A stretch of 64,000 bases of DNA from Eledone cirrhosa (taxonomy: Eukaryota), in NCBI GenBank assembly GCA_964016885.1, contig OZ024743.1:192758001-192822000 (forward strand), in the 5' to 3' direction. The notes below the pieces were generated by a model. It saw only the letters and a program-made list of their open reading frames with translations, had not been told where the DNA came from and ran no database searches. The translations under genes and the position numbers were made by a program. Below are positions 27,511-41,700 of the stretch, piece after piece (positions within the stretch are counted from its first letter, which is position 1; every line of letters starts with the position of its first letter).

Positions 27511-29261
27511 AGCTCTCCCTTCTCTATTTTATTGTTTGGCCATCTCCCCAGTTCCCTTTCTCACTGTCAGAAGCATACCACCAGACCTGTTGGGTGGCTA
27601 AGGCCATGTATGTGATCAAGGTAGTTCTGTTCAAAGAACAACTTTAGCTTACACCACGTGAGTCGAGAGATCTAGAAAAATTAGTTTCCGGTTATAAAGT
27701 TAATTCATAAAAACTGTTTCTCTATTTAACCCCAAATAAACATCTCCTTTCTGCTGATTTCCATTTCATTTGCCTGCTTATCATTTTAACAAGTCTCCCC
27801 ATAGGACAAAGGGAGATGTTTCTGGTAATAAATTTCATCCATAAAAAGTGTTTCACTATTTAACCCCAATATTATTGTGTATTTAAAACATTCTTCCTGC
27901 TTATTGACATTTCATTTCGTTCTGTCGTGTGGTTTCCTCATTTGATTCAATAACAATATACCACGGGACAGGCAAAAAAAATCGCCATAAATATCATTAA
28001 AAAATGTGAAAGTATGCAACCCGTGAATATTAAGGGTGGTGGATTGGCAGTATCAATAGAGGGCTGGACGCCATCCTTTGCAGCATGTAGTTACGTCCCT
28101 TTACGGTCTGAGTTCAAATCCTGCCGCGGTTAACTTTGCCTTTCATCCTTACGGGGTCTGTAAAATAAAGTACCAGTAATACACTGGGATAATTGCTGGC
28201 CTTGTGCCAAAAGTAGAAACAATTATTTGATTGATCTATAATTCGGCATACTTTGTTATTTCATCAATTCAAACACGGACGTAATCGACATCAGATGATT
28301 GGCGATAGTTTGTAAAATGGAACACGCTACTGTACAGCTTTTATCACGTTATAATTGTAGTTAGTCTGTGTATTAAATATCTAATTTTTTTTTCTTTTTT
28401 TTTTTTTAGAATTCAGGGAACACAAATCTAAGATTAAAAAAGGGGTAAATGTTCAAATAAGTATTCTGTCAACGGCGTTGTCTATATTCCCCCATCTCTC
28501 TCTCTCTCTCTCTAAATATATATAGTTCCCCCCCCACACACACACACACAAACAAATATATATATATATATATATATTCACCTATACAGGCAATATTTAT
28601 TAGAATGCTGTTGAAGTGTGTATAAATTTTTTGGGGACACCTTGTATATGACACAGTCACATACACACACACATACATACAATCCCTATAGCATTATTCA
28701 AGTCTTGGTGAAGAAACCGAATATTGCTATTTCGTCCCTAAAACAATGGGTTATATACTAACATAACACCAATGGTTTCTAATTACACAATTTTTAATTT
28801 CTAGGTATAACAATTATCATAATGATTTCTACTATAGGCACAAGGCCAACAATTTAAGGGGAAGGGAAAGTCAATTAAATCGACCCCAGTGCATTACCGG
28901 TGCTTTATTTCATTGAATCCGTAAGGATGAAAGGCAAAGCTAACCTTAGAAGGATTTGAACTCAGAACGTAAAGGGCCGTGACTCTGTGCCGCGAAACAT
29001 GTTGTCCGACGCTCTACCGATACGGCCAATCCACCATTGTTAGCAGGTCTTGTATGGCAATGTATCGCTGCCACGAATGGCCATTGTAAAGTTCTTATTT
29101 TATTTATCTATTTATTCGTTTAGTTTGTTTTGACAACATGCCACTTAGAAAGTTAGTTTAGCTTGACATTTGATGATGATTTTCACTTACAACTTCTACA
29201 GTAGCTTCAACAAATATGTCAGAAAAATATATAAATATAAACGTAATTTATACGTGCGATC

Positions 29262-29478
29262 GTGTGGTTAGAATGTCTCAGGAAAAAATCGCTGGACAGA
29301 TTTTACGGGGAAATCCAACCGACAGGAGACCCAAGGGTAGACCCCGAGCAAGATGTTTGGATAACATCCATGAGCTTGGCTGGTCTCACTTGGGGACCCA
29401 GCCGGATCAGTTGGAGACGGCTGCTTCTCACAGGACCCGCTGGAAGGAGTGTTTCAGAACTCTGCTACCACGACCCTC

Positions 29479-29514
<36 letters not shown>
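29262..29514 (+). mobile_element. RTE-like LINE 3' end with (CAA)n tail; second copy at ~11000-11220
   Basis: VVRM...RRPKGRPRAR...R.RW; the two copies align by eye. Confidence 0.75.
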
Positions 29515-29515
<1 letters not shown>

Positions 29516-29719
29516 GTGGTTGTGTGGTTAAGATGCTTGCATTGCAATCATGCGGTTCTGGGTTCAGATACCTTGTTGTGGCACCTTAGGTAAATGCCTT
29601 CCACAATAGCCTCCAGTTTACCAATACTTCATCAGTAGAATTTGGTGGACGGAAACTGGAGAAGCCCGGCAGCAAAGCGTCACTTAGTTACTATGGTGAT
29701 ATCTATCCGTATTTCACAC

Positions 29720-29796
<77 letters not shown>

Positions 29797-29966
29797 TTCG
29801 TATGGGTCTACGAACATTTCGGATGACGAACGACCTTCAGGAATGAATTAGGTGCGTGATCCGAGGTTCCACTGTATACATACATATATCTCGTTTGCGT
29901 CGTTATTTGTTTGCCTTTTACATACACACACATACACATGTGTATATGTATATATATATATATATT

Positions 29967-30120
29967 ATCATCATCATCGTTTAACGTCCATGTTCCACGC
30001 TTGCATGGGTTTGGACGGGAGTTTTCCCACTTGAGGCAAGAGTGGTTGTCTTGTCGCATAGGACTGTCTGGCGGGTTTTCTACATCTGGATGCCCTTCCT
30101 AACACCAACCACATTTACAG
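29967..30120 (-). mobile_element. RTE-type 3' end with (GAT)n tail; relatives at ~7105-7295(+), ~9133-9370(-), ~16010-16190(-)
   Basis: Shared CCCATGCAAGC(A/G)TGGAA...GGACGTTAAACGATGATGAT; the 16 kb copy encodes GRPRKTW. Confidence 0.65.
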
Positions 30121-30348
30121 TGTGGGACTGGGAGGTTTTTACCGTGTTGCCTACACGGCCACATTACAGCGTGGACTGTGTGTTTTCTTTGTCGTGACAC
30201 CTACACGATCTCATTTGTTTCGGCCAGGATGTTGTAGCACCAACATAACTTTACATTGAAAGGGGCGGTGTGGATGGGGTGGGGGAGGTGGGACGGGGGT
30301 GTATTTTGTTAGAGGTGCCTACTGACTGCAGTAGGTTTTACTTTGTAT

Positions 30349-30992
30349 TTAGGTAAGGCGGGTCTTCTCTATTACTGAGTACCGCCAAAGATCTCGGTCC
30401 AGTGACATTGTCTTGGAGAGGTGTAAGTGTGTGAGGTCGGAATTTATCAGGTCGTCCCAGGTTTTTCTGGGTCTGCCTACTCCGTGGCTACCATCTATCT
30501 TTATTGCCCTGCACTTTTTTATACAGCTGTCGTCTTTCATGCGCATCACGTGACCATACCAACGTAGCCTTCTCTCGAGTAAACAACATCTGATCCCTCT
30601 TATTTCTAATTTTTCCCTTAGTTCGTTTATGCTTTGCCGTTCACGTATATTACTATTACACATCCAGCGAAGCATGCAAGCTTCGTTCCTCTCTAGTCTG
30701 CGTATATCCTCTGCACACAATGCCCAGGTCTCACTGCCATGCAACATTGCTGTTCGTATGCAGGCATCATACAACCTGCCTTTCATTTTTAGGGAGAACC
30801 CTTTAGCGGTTAATAGTGGTATAAGCTCTCTGAACTTTTTCCATCCAGTACTTTCAGAGCACCCTCCCCCACTGCTGATTTTGTCACCCAGGTAACGGAA
30901 GCTGTCCACTATTGCTATAGAACCCTCTGCGCAATTGAAAGAGCTAGTATTTTGTGGGCACTTGCTGCTACTTATTGCACCAGAGCACCGGC

Positions 30993-30995
<3 letters not shown>
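30349..30995 (-). mobile_element. RTE-like LINE ORF 3' fragment
   Basis: VDSFRYLG, LHGSETW, RLRWYGHVMR, GRPRKTW and DRDLWR motifs; cut off by a (TA)n tract. Confidence 0.9.
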
Positions 30996-31064
<69 letters not shown>

Positions 31065-31642
31065 TAAATACATACATATATATACATATATATATATATT
31101 TATATATACAAGCGGATTATGCAAAATGAATCCGGTGTTTTGGACGAGATATTTTTCATTTTCCTATTTTGAAATCTATTGTACCATGATGTGAATTCTA
31201 ACGTTTTGGGCAGGGTTATTCGTTTGAAAAGGTTAAGTAACAACGGGTCCTTGAAGTATATGAACTTATTAACTTATTCAATTTGGTGAGACTTTATGTA
31301 TCTCACCTTGCTCTATGTAAGTACGAATTTAATGTATGTGCATATTTTAATAAAATGTTCAGATTTTACTAGAAACAAGGAAAACGAGAAAGAGAGGGAG
31401 GGGGTGGGTGTCGACGGAAAGAAGAAGAGAGTGAGTGACAAGAATTTTTTTAAAGGGCTGACAGAGACAGGGGAGAGAGGGAAAAGGAGAGAAAGGGAGA
31501 AAAATCCACTGCCAACATGAAATCACGTTTTTTTTAAATTTTATTGGTAGCAATTTAAAAGGCAAACTCCAAGCTTTTTTCTATATTAAAGTGAAAGTAA
31601 AAATCTGATGTATTGAATGTTTAAAATGACAGCAGTAAAGAG

Positions 31643-31695
<53 letters not shown>

Positions 31696-31698
<3 letters not shown>

Positions 31699-32441
31699 CA
31701 ATTTAGTAGTCAATTACAATTATTAAGCTCTAAGAAAATACTTCTGAGCATTACATTACAATTTAAAAAAATATGATCAACACTAATGTGTTTTTTTTTT
31801 GCAAAATGACAATAATTTTTTAGCCAGATAGAAATACCTTAATTCAAGTACATATAGTCCGCCTGTATCGATCTAGAAAATATTAAATATTAAATCTATA
31901 CTTACAGATGTAAAATGGCAACTGCCTGGTGCCTAGACAAGTTTAAATTTCAAAATTCAAACCTTTTCAGCAGATCGGTCGGAACTTCAAAACATAAACC
32001 TGTTTCACAAGGGATGGTATACTAATGAAATAATTAATTAATTACGGAACAACTATTTATAAAATAATTATTAGTGAAGTAATCAATTTTCTGTGATTTT
32101 CAATAGGCACACAGAAAATTGATTACTTCACTAATAATTATTTTATAAATAGTTGTTCCGTAATTAATTAATTATTTCATTAGTATACCATCCCTTGTGA
32201 AACAGGTTTATGTTTTGAAGTTCCGACCGATCTGCTGAAAAGGTTTGAATTTTGAAATTTAAACTTGTCTAGGCACCAGGCAGTTGCCATTTTACATCTG
32301 TAAGTATAGATTTAATATTTAATATTTTCTAGATCGATACAGGCGGACTATATGTACTTGAATTAAGGTATTTCTATCTGGCTAAAAAATTGTCATTTTG
32401 CTAAAAAAACACATTAGTGTTGATCATATTTTTTTAAATTG

Positions 32442-32445
<4 letters not shown>
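31696..32445 (-). mobile_element. Very long fold-back insertion in (TA)n, PLE-like architecture, family D
   Basis: ~340-bp arms 31755-32095 and 32110-32445, 14-nt loop, unpaired tail 31696-31754. No canonical hammerhead found, so the PLE assignment rests on architecture only. Confidence 0.6.
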
Positions 32446-32487
<42 letters not shown>

Positions 32488-32489
<2 letters not shown>

Positions 32490-32662
32490 CAAAGGCGTGG
32501 TAAGATACCAGGTGGACCATAAAGGGTAGTAGAGTGGGTAATAGGATAAGATTCAGGACCCCGACGGCTGAGCTTCGGCCGTTTCGAAAGCTATAACCAA
32601 ACATTTCGGTTCTAGCTTCCGAAACAGCCGGAGCTCAGCTGTCGGGGTCCTGACTCTTTTCA
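32488..32662 (-). mobile_element. Mini fold-back PLE insertion, diverged subfamily
   Basis: Partly deleted tail on the left plus imperfect arms CAGGACCCCGACGGCTGAG...CTCAGCTGTCGGGGTCCTG; (TA)n flanks. Confidence 0.85.
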
Positions 32663-32679
32663 TATATATATATATGTAT

Positions 32680-32728
<49 letters not shown>

Positions 32729-32734
32729 CATACA

Positions 32735-32786
<52 letters not shown>

Positions 32787-32829
32787 CATACATATATATA
32801 TATATACATACACATATATATATATACAC

Positions 32830-32862
<33 letters not shown>

Positions 32863-32893
32863 CATACATATATATATATATAACATACATATA

Positions 32894-32943
<50 letters not shown>

Positions 32944-32998
32944 CACATATATATATATACACACATATATATATATACACATATATATATACATATAC

Positions 32999-33119
<121 letters not shown>

Positions 33120-33227
33120 CACATATATACATATATATTATTTATACTCCAGTCCTACAAACTGTAGAGTGCTACTTATCCGATATCTGCATTGCTTTAT
33201 TGTACTACAATAAAACTCACCTCCTAC

Positions 33228-33274
<47 letters not shown>

Positions 33275-33294
33275 GTATGTACGTACATTCATAC

Positions 33295-33358
<64 letters not shown>

Positions 33359-34509
33359 TATATATATTTATATATATGTATATATATATATGCATGTATA
33401 TATATATGTATGTATATATGTATGTATATAAATAATATATAAGATCAAAAGATGGTTAAAAGAGTTCCATGTATTTTATTATGCGCATTTCAAAAACAAA
33501 TATCATCATGCGATGAAATTTGCGTTTTCGTTTTATTTTAGCGACCCCATAAGGATGAAAGGCAAAGTTTACCTCGGCCTGATTTGAACTCAGATCGTAA
33601 AAGGCTGTAACTCTATGCTGCAAAGCATGACATCCGACCCTCTACCGATACTGCCAATCCACCACTTACCCATAATAATCAAAGCAGATCATACATTCGA
33701 AGAAGTTTCTTTTTTCACTTTCCGACGATAGCTTATTTGACTTTAATAGAAAGTGCTCCTAGTCCAAGTGGAGCCTCCCTTCAAGTGACGCCCATGGCAC
33801 GTGTTATACCCTAGTTACCCTGGTTGTAACATAGAATCATTGGTTTCAAAAGAGTTTAAAGATAAAGCACATATAACAAGTTGTTCAGCCTATAGATTAA
33901 AAAACTAGGAGAGAGTTTAACGGGACTGATAGATAGGAGAGGGTTTAACGGGACTGATAGATAGGAGAGTGTAAGAATAAAATATTTTAAAATCTGGAAA
34001 GGAATTATTTACATTTAAATAAAAATTGTAAAAGTGATACCAGGAATTAAAAAAAAAAATATGTATTGATTTCAATTCTTTAATTTGTCAGGATCCATTT
34101 AACCAATTGTCAATTTGAAAGGAAGGTATGAAAAGCATTTACAGAAAGGGTGGAATTGACCGAAGAAAGCTGGACATATACATTCGTCTACTTAAAACAG
34201 TGTGCTTTTCAAACTTTGAATGGGTTTAATGGTTAAACATTCCTCAGGGGCCCTTGCGTATTACTTATGGTAGCAAAATATTATTTGGGGCACTTTAAAT
34301 ATTGTGGGACCTCAAGCGACGACTCAACGTGCAAACCGTCTCTTTAATCTGTCGAAAGACACTGGGATCCACCCAGCTATTTCTAACTCCATTCCGTAAG
34401 ATGGTTTATGATCTTAAGAGAATTACAGATGCTCTAAACCTCAGTTCAATCTATGATAACAATCCATGTTTGTCTGGGAAAAGTGTGCGTGCGCCTTATA
34501 CATATATAC

Positions 34510-35042
34510 ATACCTACATGATGGCTGAAACTCCATTTTGAGAAATGCTATCACTTGCTACTTAAGCATGAGCAGCACAGGTGTGTATTTTTAGTTCAGA
34601 TAGGGACTTGCCTATGGCCAGCAATACCATACACCGCAAAGGATGTCACATATTAAGCGTTGCCTGTGCTTGAAGCTTTTTTTAAGTGAGGAAAGGCTTT
34701 GCACGGAGCCAATCCCACTCTCTGAACATCGAATGCATTTACCCAAAAAGAACTGGTCAACATCATTGGATGCAACCGAAGTTGCAGGTTTTATATCAGA
34801 GTGACCTTCTCCTAGAGAGGTCTTAATGAAGATTAGGGGTCTCTCACTCCACTGCCCCCTCCCGCCTAAAAAAAAACTTTATTGAATGGCCGCTGACTCA
34901 CCTGAGTCTGTGACGGGTTTCGTTTTTTATCCAGCAGGGTGTCCAAAATGACCCTCCTCACCAAGTAAGCTTGGTTTAGTCGCCGACGGCCTACATACAT
35001 ACATACATGATGGCTGCCCACTCCTTATCGAGTATGGCCATT
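34510..35042 (-). mobile_element. Older diverged relatives of the same bipartite element
   Basis: Recognisable CAACATCATTGGAT, CCTTCTCCTAG and CCTCACCAAG blocks, plus two ATGATGGCTG 3' ends. Confidence 0.6.
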
Positions 35043-35126
35043 ACACGATATACCATTATTAATAATTATTAAGTAATTCTATCGTGCAATGCCTGTGCGT
35101 ACATACATACATACATACATACATAC

Positions 35127-36680
35127 ATGGTGGCTGCCAACTCGTTTTCGAGTACGGCCACTACTTTATATCCATGTAGGAGAACCCTTACCGATGCGCT
35201 GAACGAGTGTGACTTTTTAGTCCAGCCAGCGACTTGAAAACTCTGGTACAAACACTACACTTGTGACAATTATTGACACATAGTGCTGGGCCCATGGTAC
35301 CATGTGACGACAAGTGCAGAGAGAACTCCAGATATAAAGCAATGCCTGTGTCGTGAAGCTTTTATAGTGAGCAAAGGCACTGCACAAAGCCAGTCCCACT
35401 ATCTTAACCAAGATGATATTTACCAAAAAGAAGAACAAGTCAACATCATTGGATACCATCAGGGTTTCAGGTGTTATATCAGAGTTTCCCTTCTCCTAGA
35501 ATTCTGCCTTGACAAAGGCTAAGGGGTCATCTCTCCCGGTGATTTTGGATGGCCATTGACTCTTAAGAGCTCCTTTGCCCTTTGACAGGTTTTGTTTTTA
35601 GTCCTGCAGGATGTCCAAAGTCACCCTGCTCACCAAGAAACCTTGGTGGGGTTGCCAGTTTAGTCGCCAACGACCCGACCATGAGATGGGTTGTACTGGG
35701 ATACATACATACATACATACATACATACATACATACATACATACATACATACATACATACATACATACATGGTGGCTGCCAACTCGTTTTCGAGTACGGC
35801 CACTACCTTATATCCATGTAGGAGAACCCCTACCGATGCGCTGAACGAATGTGACTTTAGTCCAGCCAGCGACTTGAAAACTCTGGTACAAAGACTACAC
35901 TTGTGACCATTATTGACACAGTGCAGGGCCCATGGTACCATGTGATGACAAGTGCAGAGAGATCTCCAGATATAAAGCAATGCCTGTGCTGTGAAGCTTT
36001 TATAGTGAGCAAAGGCACTGCACAAAGCCAGTCCCACTCTCTTAACCAAGATGATATTTACCAAAAAGAAGAACAGGTCAACATCATTGGATACCATCAG
36101 GGTTGCAGGTGTTATATCAGAGTTTTCCTTCTCCTAGAATTCTGCCTTGACAAAGGCTAAGGGGTCATCTCTCCCGGTATATACATGTACACATACACAC
36201 ATGCACATATACACACATATATACATACATGCACACACACATATATATACATACATACACACATATATACATACATACATACATACATATACATACATAC
36301 ACATATACATACATACATACACATATACATACATACACACACATACATACATATACACATACATACATATACATATACATACACATACACATACATACAT
36401 ACATATACATACATATATATACATACATACATACATACACACACATACATATACATATACATATATACATACATATACATACACATATACACATACATAC
36501 ATACACATACATACATATATATACACACATACATACATATACATATACATACATACATATACATATATACACATATACATACACATACATACATACATAC
36601 ATATACATACACACACATACATACATACATATACATACACATACATACATACATACATATACATACATACATATATACAC

Positions 36681-36713
<33 letters not shown>

Positions 36714-37496
36714 CACATACATACATACATATATATACACATACATACATACATATACATACATACACACATATACATATACATACATACACATACACAT
36801 ATACATACATATATACACATACATACATACATACATATACATACATACATACATACACACAGATACATATATATATATATACACACATACATACATATAC
36901 ATACATACATATGGTGGCTGCCAACTCGTTTTCGAGTACGGCCACTACTTTATATCCATGTAGGAGAACCCCTACCGATGCGCTGAACGAGTGCGACTTT
37001 TTAGTCCAGCCAGCGACTTGAAAACTCTGGTACAAACACTACACTTGTGACAATTACTGACACATAGTGCTGGGCCCATGGTACCATGTGACGACAAGTG
37101 CAGAGAGATCTCCAGATATAAAGCAATGCCTGTGCCGTGAAGCTTTTATAGTGAGCAAAGGCACTGCACGAAGCCAGTCCCACTCTCTTAACCAAGATGA
37201 TATTTACCAAAAAGAAGAACAAGTCAACATCATTGGATACCATCAGGGTTGCAGGTGTTATATCAGAGTTTTCCTTCTCCTAGAATTCTGCCTTGACAAA
37301 GGCTAAGGGGTCATCTCTCCCGGTGATTTTGGATGGCCATTGACTCTTAAGAGCTCCTTTGCCCTTTGACAGGTTTTGTTTTTAGTCCTGCAGGATGTCC
37401 AAAGTCACCCTCCTCACCAAGAAACCTTGGTGGGGTTGCCAGTTTAGTCGCCAACGACCCGACCATGAGACAGGTTGTACTGGGATACATGTTACC
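35127..37496 (-). mobile_element. Tandem array of three copies of a ~580-bp internally deleted RTE-like element separated by (CATA)n
   Basis: Units at 35127-35703, 35769-36178 (5'-truncated) and 36911-37496. Each has a 5'UTR-like GGAGAAGGAAAACTCTGA, a C2H2 remnant (CSLCTRVFKSLAGLKSH), a 3' stem-loop ACTCGAAAACGAGT and a (TATG)n tail. Confidence 0.8.
36179..36910. repeat. Degenerate (CATA/CA/TA)n microsatellite; representative of many tracts (e.g. 2570-2850, 14855-15230, 32662-33138)
   Basis: Direct reading; source of the spurious YI/HT/MYVC ORFs. Confidence 0.97.
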
Positions 37497-38691
37497 AGTA
37501 GCACATACATACATACATACATACATACATAAAAAGGACCATAAAGAGCACGGTTAGTAGGAAGTTGCAAGAAACAGTCCATTAATGGAACTGTAAAGAT
37601 ATGTAAAACATTTCAAAAATTCAGCATGTAATAATTGCATATACACATATGTATAGACACAGACATGTACGTGTACAACATAACTCAAAACATACAGATC
37701 CACAAATGCAATAACATCCATAACTCAACACACACACAAACACAAAGACACACACACACACAGACACACACACACACACATACAGACATACGTATTTACC
37801 TAGTAGATGTTGTTTAAATTCCAAAGAAAAAGTCTTGTTTTTATGTTAAAAACCGCCCCTCTCTCTATTAGTGGAAAATTATAAAATAATAAACCAGAAC
37901 ATACATGCATACATACATACATACATACATACATACATACACATATATATATATATATACATACATACATACATGTGTTTTTTGTATTTACCAACTATGT
38001 GTGTGACTGTGTATGTATATATATATATATGTGTGCGTGTGTGTGTGTGGTTGTGTGTATTTATATATAGCTTTCAGTACGAGTAGATATACTCGTGTGT
38101 GTTAAATACAAAGATAGATCGTCGGGCTTGGAAACGTCAAGCCACAGGATATATTATACATCACGCGTGAGATAAATAAATGTTGATTTCTCACATTAGC
38201 ACAAGGCCACAATTCTGTAAGAAAAATATCTTATTTTAGATAGAGGCGCTGAGAAGGAGCGGTGACCATGACCTTTAGAGATCTTCCCTTCCTGAGAGCT
38301 GAGATTGATGTGGTTAATGCTCTGGCTGAACATCTGCAGGTGAAAAATGGCTGAACATTTGTGGGGAAAATGTAAGAGAAATAACCCGGAATTTAGTTAT
38401 AGTGAATTCCGCTAAGGCACCAAAGGACCCAAGTGTTGCTGTTAAGCCCAGTGGCGTAATAAGATCTGAATCGATCGCATTCACAGTCGCAGTACATCAA
38501 TGGTACTAAGTAGTATCGATCCCAGATACAATTAGAGGTAAGAGTCAACCGTTGTGGTATTTAGGGCAGCAAGTAAATACCGCAAATCATTTAGTCCTTG
38601 CACCCTTACGTTTCTGCCCTTCCACCGTCCTACAGATAGATAAATATTATTGGATTCTCTATTATCACATGGTTTACGTTTTTCATTGTAT

Positions 38692-38754
<63 letters not shown>

Positions 38755-41700
38755 CGCATTCATCTCGGCACGTCGAAACACACAGAGAAACATATACATA
38801 CCTAGATAGACATTCACATACATATGTCTACCATATAATAATAATTTCTCTTAAACAACAGAACTTAGTTATTTCTGCACTTAATGACCAGACAGCGACT
38901 AAAAACGCCGTAAAAAATGACTGCTGTTCTTCAAATGTTCGTTTTGTCGTAAACAACAGCTTCCAATGAATGACAAAATAAGTCTCATTTTACAACCGGT
39001 TCGGATTAAGCCGGGTCCTATTCATTCATAATACGGAATATTCTTCTTTTGTCAGAGAAAAACGATTTAACGATTTATACATTCCTGAGGAAATGAAAGA
39101 ATGAAGAAAAGAAGTAAAAAGCTGATCAGATGTGAAGATAAAATATCAGATGTGTGTATGTATATGTGTGTGTGTGCGTATGCGTGTGTGTGTGTAAACA
39201 CAAGCCTCTTTTTGGTGACGAGCGATATCTGAGTGACCTCTTCAACAAGTTCACACTTCCAAATATTTTGTAGAGTAATCATACGGCTGTGATAACAGCA
39301 TCTTTACCGTGTGATAGTCCCCGCAAGGATTAAAACACCAAGGAGCTTAAACCTGTATCTAAATAAAAAGTCGGGATGCTCACGACTGGACTTCCTTTGA
39401 TTATGTATCCACGTTCATAACTAACCCGGGGTTAAATAATTGTTTCTACTTTTGGCACAAGGCCAGCAATTTCACCAGTGCATTACTGGTGCTTTATTTT
39501 ATCGACCCTGTATTGATGAAAGGCAAAGCTAAACTCGGCGGGATTTGAACTCAGAACGTAAAGGGCCATAACTCTATGCTGCAAAGCATGGCATCTGACG
39601 CTCTACCGATAACTGCCAATCCACAGCTATTATTTAACTGAATCAGCGATGGAGTGGCAGTATCGGTAGAGGGTCGGACGCCATGCTTTGCAGCAAAGAG
39701 TTACGGCCCTTTATGATCTGAGTTCAAATCCCGCCGAGGTTAACTTTGCCTTTCATCCTTACGGGGTCGATAAAATAAAGTACCAGTAATGTACTGGGTA
39801 TTTGCTGGCCTTGTGCCTAAAGTAGAAACAATTATTTAACTGAATCAGTAGAGGGTCTGGCGTCATTCTTTGCAGCAAAGAGTTACAACCTAATGGGTCT
39901 AAGTTCAAATCCCGCCAAGGTTAACTTTGCCTTTCATCCTTACGGGGTCGATAAAATAAAGTACCAGGAATACACTGGAATATTGCTGGCCTTGTGCCAA
40001 AAGTAGAAACAATTATTTAACCCGGAGTTAAATAATAGCATCAACACCCCCATTTAGCTCGTTCATCTCCCAGTCGTACCCATCCCGTCTGTTTTCAGAT
40101 ATCTACGTTTACATTATCCAATGTGCCATTTCTTTTAAAGACACGAAATTTGGTTACTATTTCTAGCCTGCTAAGCGACTACTTAAATGGTCACTCGTTG
40201 GCTCCCCTACTTGCTGGCCTCCTTAAGAAAATTAACAATTACCGACCCAAATCTAGATACATAAAACTTTTCGCCCTACCTAATATGTCATGCAGCAGAC
40301 TTCGCATTAAATGGCGAGGACAACGACGGCAAGATTTCTCCACTAAACCTGGAAATTAAATTTTTGCCGTTTCCTTTGTTTAACATGAGAGAGAATCGAG
40401 TGCTTTATTTCGTTTTCTCTTCCTTTCCTTTCTAAATAACTTAAAGCGTTCTGTTTCTGAAAACTACATTTTAATGAAATTTAATAAAGCTAAATTAATT
40501 TAAATTTCTTGAAGTTTTTCTTTATTTTCGTGTCTTTAGCACATAACAGAATGCTAGTTTTGTTTTTGTTTTCTATGAGAGACAAAATTTCAATTCACTG
40601 TGAATTGTTTGCGTGAGTCATTCAGTACATCACCAAGGCTGAGTAGTTAAGAGTTTTGCAATTATGAACTCCCGGGTTCGAACCCACTACATGGTATCTT
40701 GGGCAAGTTTCTTTACCATAGACTCGGGCCGACCCAAGCCATGAAAGTGACATTAGGTATACGAAAGCTGTGTGGAAGCCCTTCGATGGATTGTACCAGT
40801 AATTCAAAGATCCGGGCTTTCACATACTGTCCCATGTTTGTTAGGTTCAGGAATTGCATAAAAAGCACACTTGTTGGTGAACGATCAGTAGATAAAACAA
40901 CTGAAACACTCATCGTCGAAACCGACGGAGGTCCATTCTATTCCACTGCTGGGGAAACCCATCACCATTTGTGGATGCACACTCTTAAATATATAGGTCA
41001 TAAATGAATACAGTTAAATATGTCGAGTATACGAAGGAACTTAGATTAGTTAATATGGTGTTCTCTTTCATTTCGACTGTTAGTCTATATTTTTGGTCGA
41101 TAGTGCATTGTAAATGAAATATTGCCAGATAATGACAAAAAGGAATGTTCTCCACAGTTATGAATGCCAATATTATAATGTTGTTAGAGAAATCTAGGTT
41201 ATTCGTACATTAACATGCTAGCTAGCTACTCACAAATTTTCATCAGAATGCTCCTCATTAGAGTCTGCCACAGAACGAAAACAATGGATCAAAAACGAAA
41301 CGGTTTGGTAATTTTCAGACAGAACCAACGTGATATAACATGTGACAATATTTTCTGTCCTTGGTCCCCGAACTGTGGGAGGGAGGGGGGTACGTCAACT
41401 TGAGACGAGAGCTGCACGTCTGATGCAAGTTAGGTCCGGCTGATGCAGCAGGATCACTGGATGTTCTCCGCAGCAATACTTTTGCCAACCTATCCGCGGA
41501 TCGTAGCTAAGATATATCCTCCAGCCACGAGTGTAAAGTATTCCCCCTCTCATTGCTCATCCTTTTTCTTTTTCCACCTTTTCTATTTTTTCTCTTTGGC
41601 ATTAGGGATTTAAAGACAGGACTGGACTCTTGAATTATAGTTACAATCCACCCGATAAATTTCCACGCAGTTTCCGTTTACTCAATTTCACTCACAAGGC

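Noticed and set aside
35600-35703. HDV-like ribozyme at the 5' end of the RTE-derived element
   Set aside because: Known in some RTEs, but I could not fold the nested double pseudoknot by eye; needs a descriptor search.
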